From a virus, in the IMG/VR virus record IMGVR_UViG_3300012944_000024, positions 1 to 64,000 of that record: DNA of 64,000 nucleotides. One strand, 5' to 3'. Shown in pieces: positions 9,172 through 16,391 of this stretch. Below the pieces are notes generated by a model. It was given only the letters and a program-made list of their open reading frames with translations, had not been told where the DNA came from and searched no databases. Made by a program: the position numbers and the translations under genes. Every line of letters begins with the position of its first letter. The first letter of the stretch is position 1.

Positions 9172-9689
9172 AGCCTCTGCCTCTCCGTCCTCCCTGAGCG
9201 CAACCGACTGACGCACTCGCGCCGGACAAGCACCTGGAAGTATCGCCCCCCGCGATCAAACCTCGACTCGAGTGAGTTGCGCCACGTCGTTGCCCAGTTG
9301 GAACCAGGTGCCCTCTCATCGAGAGGACCGTTCAATGTTACGTGCTCGTCCTGAGCAGCGAAGACGTAAAAGGGAAACGAGACCTCAGTACCCGGTTCCG
9401 GTACCTGGTCGATGATCCCAAGATACTTCTCTAGCCACACCCGCATGGTCCCCATGTGATGACCAAACCGGGGACTAAAGAGATCCAACCAGTCTTTTTC
9501 TACGCGCTCGCACCGATCATGCCCCTCTAACGCGTACGCGAGGAGTTCAAACGACGGCGTCTTGATCGCAGCCTCCCAAGCCCGATTGCGCGTCGCGCGT
9601 GCCTCGTTGTGTAACGGCGCTAGTACCTCCGCCTTCGCGAACAACTGCTTCATCTCTTCCGACGCCGCAAACCTCTCGAGTGCATTCAT
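9168..9689 (-). CDS. Hypothetical protein (inserted, lower GC)
   Basis: AGGAGG RBS; 173-aa ORF with ATGA overlap into the HNH gene. Confidence 0.75.
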   Translation of the reverse strand: MNALERFAASEEMKQLFAKAEVLAPLHNEARATRNRAWEAAIKTPSFELLAYALEGHDRCERVEKDWLDLFSPRFGHHMGTMRVWLEKYLGIIDQVPEPGTEVSFPFYVFAAQDEHVTLNGPLDERAPGSNWATTWRNSLESRFDRGGRYFQVLVRRECVSRLRSGRTERQRL

Positions 9690-9698
9690 CTCTGCCTC

Positions 9699-10271
9699 CT
9701 ACAATCGTTGTCGTTCCATCACCCCGGCGCAGAACGTCTCGAGCGCTCCGCGATCCTCGACGTGCGCCTCGGCTACGAGCTTCTCGACCACCTGGCGCGC
9801 CGTCTTGTGCTCGACCGGCTCGCGCGCCTGCGGGAGCACGCTGGTCGTGCGCCTCGGCATCACCCGCACCACCTGAGCGCCGCTCTCAATAACCGCCGCC
9901 CTCACCCACTCCACGTGCTCAACGCTCGCCTCAAGTGGTGGCTGGATCCGGACAATCCCCCCGCCCCCTGCACCATCGAGGAAGTCGAGCTTCAGAGCCG
10001 CGCCGCCCTCCGCGTACTTGCCCATGATCATCATCCAGACCGGATGATTGGGCCCGATGGTGAAGAGGGAGCGAGATCCGTCGACCTCGCGCACCTCGGG
10101 ATCGACACGTGGGATGGGCTGCACTCGGGTTCCCCGAACACGCACGACCGCCTCGGCGATCGTCTCGACACGGGGCAGGGTTCGGATCGCATCCACGATC
10201 TCCACCCCCACCTGCGTACCCGTCTTCACGTGGAACGCGTCGGCGACAGGAGGGGTCTTCTTGCGCGCCAT
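9699..10271 (-). CDS. Hypothetical protein, possibly the separated C-terminal (cap/SbcC-binding) part of SbcD
   Basis: Starts 2 nt after the short sbcD; IVRI...VVRV... followed by a terminal helical hairpin. Confidence 0.55.
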   Translation of the reverse strand: MARKKTPPVADAFHVKTGTQVGVEIVDAIRTLPRVETIAEAVVRVRGTRVQPIPRVDPEVREVDGSRSLFTIGPNHPVWMMIMGKYAEGGAALKLDFLDGAGGGGIVRIQPPLEASVEHVEWVRAAVIESGAQVVRVMPRRTTSVLPQAREPVEHKTARQVVEKLVAEAHVEDRGALETFCAGVMERQRL

Positions 10272-10273
10272 CC

Positions 10274-10990
10274 TCACACCTCGAAGATCTGAAAGCTCGG
10301 ACGGTTGCGCTCCTCGCCGTGCGTGAGGCGCGCGAGCGAGCCGGCGACGTGGACCCGCACCCCGTTGGGCGCCGTCCAGACCTGCCGCTCGTGGTAGTGG
10401 CCCCCCAGGACGAGCCACTCGGGCCGGCACGCCTCCCAGGGGAATGGGACGTCGCGCCCTCGCGGCATCTCCCTACTCTCCTCGCCGGGCGTGATGCCGG
10501 GATACTGAAGGTGCGTGGCGACGATGGTCGCGCGCGCGTCCGACGTCTGCAGCGACGCGAGCATGGGGGTCGGGGCGTAGGGGCGGTTCAGCGACGGGTA
10601 CGGCAGCCCGATCACCAGCGTCCCGTCGGGCATCTTGAACCGGTCCGCCCGATCGAAGACGTAGACCGAGAACGAGGCCAACCCCTTGAGGGGCGAGAGC
10701 ATCGTCGTCCCCTCCCCGTCCTCGGCGACGTCGTGGTTACCGGCGACCCATCCGGATGTGATGTCGTGCGTGGCGAGCTCCGTCGCGACGTCCACCGCGA
10801 GCTCCGCGCACCGGAGCACGATGCTCCCTGAGTCGGGATCGGCGAGGTCGCCGGTGAAGAGGTAGAGCCCGCACTTCTCGTCGATCGCGGCGCGCACCGT
10901 CTGCTCCATCGCGCGCGCGACGTCGTCGAATCGTCGGAACCCTGCTGTTGAGTGATCAGCATGAGCATCAGAGCAATGTAGGATCTTCAT
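10274..10990 (-). CDS. sbcD: SbcD/Mre11-like metallophosphoesterase nuclease
   Basis: MKILHCSDAH, FTGDLAD, VAGNHD, ATH, LGGHYH, AGSL. Confidence 0.92.
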   Translation of the reverse strand: MKILHCSDAHADHSTAGFRRFDDVARAMEQTVRAAIDEKCGLYLFTGDLADPDSGSIVLRCAELAVDVATELATHDITSGWVAGNHDVAEDGEGTTMLSPLKGLASFSVYVFDRADRFKMPDGTLVIGLPYPSLNRPYAPTPMLASLQTSDARATIVATHLQYPGITPGEESREMPRGRDVPFPWEACRPEWLVLGGHYHERQVWTAPNGVRVHVAGSLARLTHGEERNRPSFQIFEV

Positions 10991-11235
10991 GCGTCCGAGA
11001 TCCCTTGCAGCAACTCCGCGGCCCACTGCTCAATGCGCTCGGGCAATTCTCCGGTCTCTTCCCAGCGTTCGACTTCCTCGATCGTCAACGTCATCCCTTC
11101 CCCGCGCGCCGCTTCTTCGATACCGACGCGCACCGTAGGGGGGAGCTCGACCTGACGCGGCCGGATCATCCACCCACCCCGTCCGCAAGAGTCTTTGGGT
11201 TCACGCCCACGCGCGCAGCGATCTTCATGCGTCCG
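10982..11235. repeat. 16-bp direct repeat GATCTTCATGCGTCCG (10982-10997 and 11220-11235)
   Basis: Both copies encode the same stop/start junction (..DA*/MKI). Confidence 0.9.
10987..11169 (-). CDS. Small hypothetical protein
   Basis: 60 aa; ATGA overlap with sbcD; lies between 16-bp direct repeats. Confidence 0.6.
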   Translation of the reverse strand: MIRPRQVELPPTVRVGIEEAARGEGMTLTIEEVERWEETGELPERIEQWAAELLQGISDA

Positions 11236-11701
11236 GGAGCTCGATGCCGAGCGTGATCTCACCCGCGTCAACCGCACGACAGATCTCAACCCAACGTTCC
11301 AGCGCCCCCTCCACACGGAACCCCGACGCCCACCGGTAGACACTGCGCCACCAGAACTCAAGCAGGTTCTCCGGTTGAATCGGCACCCCGAACGATGGGG
11401 GACACGGCTCCGAGCTAGGCCACCCGATCACGTTGCCGAACTCGTTGATGTCGCGATTCGCGCTCGGGTGCTTCTCGAGAACGAAGTCTTCCATCTCCTC
11501 CCAGCTCCCCTCGCGCACTTCCCCATCGGGTACGTGGAGGCAGAACCGCGTCGGGTCATTCTTCAACGACCCGTACGCGAACATCCCCCACGGACCCCAC
11601 ATAGACGAGAGCTCGTAACCCTTCGCCTCGAGCTCCCTCACCCTCTCGGGCGGTGCGGCGCAAGACGGAAACTCGGGTAAATCTTCGAGGGTCGCTTTCA
11701 C
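11225..11701 (-). CDS. Hypothetical protein
   Basis: 158-aa ORF, GTGA overlap. Confidence 0.7.
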   Translation of the reverse strand: MKATLEDLPEFPSCAAPPERVRELEAKGYELSSMWGPWGMFAYGSLKNDPTRFCLHVPDGEVREGSWEEMEDFVLEKHPSANRDINEFGNVIGWPSSEPCPPSFGVPIQPENLLEFWWRSVYRWASGFRVEGALERWVEICRAVDAGEITLGIELPDA

Positions 11702-11910
11702 GACTTCACCGTCGCCGGCCGAACCTGGAGGAGGATGTTCGCGCCGTCGTGGTCGAAGACAGTGCAGTGGTGACCCGTGTTGTTTGCGCGCGTCTGCGCG
11801 GCCGCCGCGACCTCTTCTCGCACCCCCGGCAAGTCCGCAGCATAGTCGCTTGCCGACTGCGATGAGAGCTCGATCACGTGCGGCCCGTTGAGCGTGTAGG
11901 TGAAACTCAC
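11698..11910 (-). CDS. Small hypothetical protein
   Basis: VSFTYTLNGPH...; overlaps at both ends. Confidence 0.65.
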   Translation of the reverse strand: MSFTYTLNGPHVIELSSQSASDYAADLPGVREEVAAAAQTRANNTGHHCTVFDHDGANILLQVRPATVKS

Positions 11911-12797
11911 GACCCGATCCCTTGCATCAGCTCCTCCGATGCCTTGATCCCACGCTTGGTGATGAGGTTGAGCGTCCGGAGCACCGCGAGCGCGCCCGAA
12001 AGGCTCCCGCTCTTCTTGTACCCGGTCGCGTCGACGATGAAGTCGACATCGATCGCGTTGGGGTAGGAGGACACGATCGCCTGCAACACCGTCGCCCCCA
12101 TCGTCCCGACCCGATCGCACCAGAACTCGAGCAGCTTGGCGCCAGTCGGGATCTTCGCGTGAGCGGGGACGTGCGGGATCCCCTTCGCGGTGATGGAGAT
12201 GTGCTTCCCATCCCCCTCGATCCACCCCGCGGCGCGCAGCCGAGCGAGCGCACCCGAGAAGCTCCCGCTCCTGGAGTAGCCGGTCAGGATGGAGAGCTGC
12301 GCGTCCGTCGTCGGCTTCGGCGCGCGCTGCGCGAGGACGACGAGCATCTTGGCGTCCATCGGGCTGCGCGGCTCCGTCCCGCTTCCCGACGCGCCGAAGC
12401 TGAGCAGACCGTTGGCGGACTCCTTCTTCGCGTCCTCCTCGGCCCACTTGTCGAGCGTCGCCCCCACGACCTTCTTCGCGATCTCCGCCGGCCCGCCGTT
12501 GATCGTGCGCAGATCCGGCGGGTGCCCGACGAGTAGCTCGAGCCGACGCACCTGCAACTCGAGCCGCGCGACGCGCCCTTCGAGCGGGTCGGTCGGGTCG
12601 GCGTACCCGAGACGCACGCGCTTCGATGACGGCTCCGGCAGCACGATCCCCTCGCGCTTGACGAGCTCGTCGACCATGTCGGCCGCCTGCGCCATCCCCT
12701 CGGCGCGCTCGCGCTGCCCATTGGTCGCGTAGACCGCTGCGGCCACGCGGATGCGTTTGGCCAGGTCGGTCTCGGGGGTCTTGCGCGAGCGACTCAC
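11907..12797 (-). CDS. Protein with two tandem winged-helix-like repeats
   Basis: Repeated TGYSRSGSFSGALARLR / TGYKKSGSLSGALAVLR. Confidence 0.7.
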   Translation of the reverse strand: MSRSRKTPETDLAKRIRVAAAVYATNGQRERAEGMAQAADMVDELVKREGIVLPEPSSKRVRLGYADPTDPLEGRVARLELQVRRLELLVGHPPDLRTINGGPAEIAKKVVGATLDKWAEEDAKKESANGLLSFGASGSGTEPRSPMDAKMLVVLAQRAPKPTTDAQLSILTGYSRSGSFSGALARLRAAGWIEGDGKHISITAKGIPHVPAHAKIPTGAKLLEFWCDRVGTMGATVLQAIVSSYPNAIDVDFIVDATGYKKSGSLSGALAVLRTLNLITKRGIKASEELMQGIGS

Positions 12798-13975
12798 CCG
12801 CCCACCACGTCGGCACGCGCCGCCACATCCACCCCAAACGCCGCCCGCACGTCGCGCTCCAAGGCGTCGAGCAGGTCCGGCTTCGCGCTCGTCAGAAACC
12901 GCTTCACCCCCTGCCACCGGTTGCCATCATAGCTGAGCCACCCCGTCCCCTGGATGACGCCCAGCTCCTTGCCGAGCTCGAGGAGATCGCGCGCGCGATC
13001 GAACCCCTCGGGCGTCCAGGCCCCGTTGCTGGTGCAGAAGTCCGCCTTCTCGACAACGTCCTGGCGCGCGGAAACCTTCGTCTTGTGGATCTCGACCAGG
13101 TGGCGCTCGCCGACGATGGGGCTCTTCCAGTCGTCCTCGACCTCGTGGATCATCTTCGCCGCCGAGACGCGCACGTCGAGCGACGCGTCGAAGTAGAGCG
13201 ACGACCCGCCCGTCGTCTTCCAGTCGCTGCCGAACTTGCGCGCCATCGCCGATGCGTCGCGGTCCGCGCTCTCGCGCGCGACGAAGAGGATCGAGCAGCC
13301 CGTCTTGTGCATCAGCGGGGTGAGCTGGTCGAGCCACGCCTTGTTGAGCGCCGCCTTGATCATCCCCGACGCCCCCCGGTACCCGTCGACACTCCCGTCC
13401 TTGGACTCAGCGGCGAACTTGCGGATCTTCTCCTGGATGTCGAGCGGGACGAGCTTGCCGATCGAGTCGACGACGAAGAGACAGGTCGTGTCGGCGTCGA
13501 CCTTGCCCTTGTCGCGCGCCTCCGCCAGCCCGAGCGCGATACGGCGCACGTCGTCGACCGCCTGCTCGTACGAGTCGGGGCGCGCGGCGATGAAGCCCGC
13601 GTCGTCGACGTATCGCCCGAGCATCGTCTCGAGCCATGGGGCAGGGGTAGTGCACTCCGCGTCGATCAGTGCGTACATGTGCCGACGCCGGAGAAAGGAG
13701 AGCCCGATCCCGTTGGCAAAATTCGTCTTGCCCTGCCCGCTGGGTCCGTGAACCATCGCGACCCGGTCGGTCGGCCACCCGCCCACGCGGATCTTGAAGT
13801 CGACGCCCGGGAAGATCGTCGGCACCGCCCGCACCCGACGGAGCACCTCGCGCGCCTGCCGAAAGCTCTTCGACGACTTGGCGATCTCCGCAAACACCTT
13901 CGCCCCCGGGCGCTTGTCGGGCACCACGGGGGCGAAGGCTTCTACCGTCTCTACCGGGGGTCTGCGTCGCGCCAT
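12794..13975 (-). CDS. recA: RecA/UvsX-like recombinase
   Basis: VGGWPTDRV, GPSGQGKT Walker A, IDAE, VVDSIG Walker B, TTGGSSLYFDAS, KTKVS. Confidence 0.93.
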   Translation of the reverse strand: MARRRPPVETVEAFAPVVPDKRPGAKVFAEIAKSSKSFRQAREVLRRVRAVPTIFPGVDFKIRVGGWPTDRVAMVHGPSGQGKTNFANGIGLSFLRRRHMYALIDAECTTPAPWLETMLGRYVDDAGFIAARPDSYEQAVDDVRRIALGLAEARDKGKVDADTTCLFVVDSIGKLVPLDIQEKIRKFAAESKDGSVDGYRGASGMIKAALNKAWLDQLTPLMHKTGCSILFVARESADRDASAMARKFGSDWKTTGGSSLYFDASLDVRVSAAKMIHEVEDDWKSPIVGERHLVEIHKTKVSARQDVVEKADFCTSNGAWTPEGFDRARDLLELGKELGVIQGTGWLSYDGNRWQGVKRFLTSAKPDLLDALERDVRAAFGVDVAARADVVGG

Positions 13976-13984
13976 CGGGCTCGA

Positions 13985-13991
13985 CTATGCC
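13985..13991 (-). promoter_or_regulatory. GGCATAG box, representative copy (others at 498, 1802, 5998, 15397, 16392, 25209, 32201, 61836)
   Basis: Same 7-mer 8-10 nt upstream of seven start codons. Confidence 0.6.
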
Positions 13992-15337
13992 GTGAAACGC
14001 ACCCACTCCTCACGCCCGGGGCTCGTCATCACCGCATTGCGAATGAAAGGGATGTCGTCCCCCGGATCGCCCGCATTGCCATGGTCGGCTGCGGGCGGAG
14101 GGACGTAGGGCGCCTCCTGGGTGCGCGTGCGCATCGGCGGGGGGAGCGGGAGGGGGTCGGCCTCGATGATGTAGACCTTCCCGCACGCCGAGCACTTCGG
14201 GTCGCGCATCTTCATCACGTGCGTGCACGGGCCCTGCGGGGTCGGCGCGTTGCACATGACCTCCTCGTCGGGGTCCTCCATCGGCAGCGCGGGCGGGAGG
14301 GCGGGACGTCCGACCTCGGGAACCCGGGTTCCCGCCGGCTCCGCCGCACCCGCGTCCTTCATCGTCTTCCACTCGGCGCGCGCCTTGGCAAAGAACTGCT
14401 CGAACGGCAGCTTGACCAGCACCTGCCGCTCGAGATTGGCCATGTGGGTATTGGGGTCGTGGCGGCGCGCGAGCTCGTCGAAGCTGGGGGGAGGGTCGTG
14501 GACGATGAGCTTCTCGATCATCGGGGTCATCCGGATCTGCTCCATCCGGATCGCGTCGTACTTTTTGTCGAACGCGATCCCCTCGGCTGGGTTGTGCTCG
14601 AGCTGGATCGCGTACGGGTACTTGGCGATGTTGCCGCGCTCGCCGATCGCCTTGCGCGCGTGCGCGATGACCTCCTGGATCTTCAGGCCGACCAGGTTGG
14701 GTTCGATCGCCACCTGGATCCCCTTGGTGGGCTCGGCGTTGTCGACGGCCGCGAACGCGTACTCGAGCTTCGCCTTGCTGTCCTGCCTGTAGGCGACGTT
14801 CGGCGTGAAACCGCGCTGGTAGACCGGCCCGCCGCGCTCCTTGGGGATGAGGATCAGCTCCCTCTTCTTCTCCTCGCTCATCTTCTTGTCGCCGAAGAGG
14901 CCGCACATCCCGCCCGCGTGCAGGATGACCGTCTTGGATGGGTCGTCGCACTCGTACTTGAAGAGCGGCTCGCGCCAGTCGAGCCGCTTGGCCATGATCT
15001 CGGCGCGGATCCACTCGAGCATCTTGCAGTGCCCGCAGATCTCCGGCGGGCGGTCGCGCACCGTGCGCGTCTCGCGGTCGTAGAAGTTCTGCACCTGCAA
15101 GAGGTCCTCGTCCTCCCAGCAAACGAGCGGGTCGCCCCAGACCTCCACCTTCGCGACTCCCTCGACGTTGCGCCGCACCACCTTGAGAAACCGGTGCCGC
15201 CAAAGCGCCAGGATGGACGCCTGGGTGTGAAACCAGAGCGTGATGGAGTAGGGGTTCTTGTCCTTCCAGCCCTTGAGGTAGTTGCGCTTCCCGCCGCGCG
15301 CGGAGTGGCCTTGAAACTCGTCCCATGTCATCGGCAT
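13985..15337 (-). CDS. Putative single-stranded DNA-binding protein (gp32-like)
   Basis: Position between RecA and PolB; Cys/His cluster; acidic Pro-rich tail with DDIPF. Confidence 0.6.
   Translation of the reverse strand: MPMTWDEFQGHSARGGKRNYLKGWKDKNPYSITLWFHTQASILALWRHRFLKVVRRNVEGVAKVEVWGDPLVCWEDEDLLQVQNFYDRETRTVRDRPPEICGHCKMLEWIRAEIMAKRLDWREPLFKYECDDPSKTVILHAGGMCGLFGDKKMSEEKKRELILIPKERGGPVYQRGFTPNVAYRQDSKAKLEYAFAAVDNAEPTKGIQVAIEPNLVGLKIQEVIAHARKAIGERGNIAKYPYAIQLEHNPAEGIAFDKKYDAIRMEQIRMTPMIEKLIVHDPPPSFDELARRHDPNTHMANLERQVLVKLPFEQFFAKARAEWKTMKDAGAAEPAGTRVPEVGRPALPPALPMEDPDEEVMCNAPTPQGPCTHVMKMRDPKCSACGKVYIIEADPLPLPPPMRTRTQEAPYVPPPAADHGNAGDPGDDIPFIRNAVMTSPGREEWVRFTA
14318..14333. repeat. 16-bp palindrome copy 3
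   Basis: Exact; in SSB-like linker (GTRVP). Confidence 0.98.
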
Positions 15338-15407
15338 CGCGTCTCTCCATTCGTCGCCGGCAATGGGCCCAACGGCCGGGTGGCGACGGGGAGAGACTAT
15401 GCCGATC

Positions 15408-16382
15408 TCACTTGCGAAGCGTCTCGAGCAGCGTGCGCAGAGAACTGCATTTGCTGTTCCACCTCTCTGTGAGGTGTTCGATCGTGCTCTCGACCCCCTT
15501 GAGCTTGCGCCGCATCGTCTCCTGCGCGCGCCACTCGTCGGGAAACTTCTCGGCGACGCGCGAGGTCACGTCCGCGTCGGTGATCATCTTCTTTCGCTCG
15601 CCCGCTTCCTTCTCCGCCTCGAGCTCCGCGTGCGCCTCGCTGCGCATCGCCGCGCTCGTCACCTCCGCGTCGCGCTCCCAGTTCGACCTCTCGAGCTGCG
15701 CGCCCAGGTAGAGGCGGTGGGCCCGGCGGGCGCGTTGCTCGGCCTTGTCGAGGTGCTCGCGCAAGGTGTGATAGTCCCCTCGCTGCTCGCCGACCTCGAG
15801 GTTCGTCTCGAGGTCGGTGTAGTCCTTGAACGCATCGACCGCGTAGACGCTCTCGATGATCCGGGCGTAGTCGGGCGTGATGCCTGGACCCTTGTTGGCC
15901 GTAGCGAAGAGCGGGACCTCCGGCTTCGGCAACGGGATGTTCGCGCGAATCGCCTCCTCCCGCGTCCCCGGTATGCCCGCGATCGTCTCGACGATCGCGG
16001 GTTGGGTGGGTGGGGCGACCCCGACCCGGGTCGGGGCCTTGGGCGACTCAGTCGCCGCATCCGCGACGAACGGCTTGAGAAACTCGGGCATCGGACCGGA
16101 CGTCTCGAGCCAGTCGCGCGCCTGCAGCCGCTGCACCAGCGTCCACTGCGAGATGTGCCCGAGCTTCACCGCGATCGGCGGGATGACGTTCTTCAACCGA
16201 TAGACAAGCTCGCCGAAGTCCATCTCCCCGCTCCCGTGGACGTTCGGCCTCCCGACCCCGTTGACCAAGGCCGCCCTCTCCGCCGCGGACTGCGCGGGAG
16301 CGATCTCCTGCGGTTTGCTCGTCGCGGCGAGCAGCGCGTCGGCCGCACTCGTTGCCGGGGTCTGCGGGCTCCGTACTCTCAT
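15408..16382 (-). CDS. Putative recombination mediator (UvsY-like C-terminal coiled coil)
   Basis: KKMITDADVTSRV...long helix; adjacent to SSB and RecA. Confidence 0.45.
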   Translation of the reverse strand: MRVRSPQTPATSAADALLAATSKPQEIAPAQSAAERAALVNGVGRPNVHGSGEMDFGELVYRLKNVIPPIAVKLGHISQWTLVQRLQARDWLETSGPMPEFLKPFVADAATESPKAPTRVGVAPPTQPAIVETIAGIPGTREEAIRANIPLPKPEVPLFATANKGPGITPDYARIIESVYAVDAFKDYTDLETNLEVGEQRGDYHTLREHLDKAEQRARRAHRLYLGAQLERSNWERDAEVTSAAMRSEAHAELEAEKEAGERKKMITDADVTSRVAEKFPDEWRAQETMRRKLKGVESTIEHLTERWNSKCSSLRTLLETLRK

Positions 16383-16391
16383 GGCGGCCAA

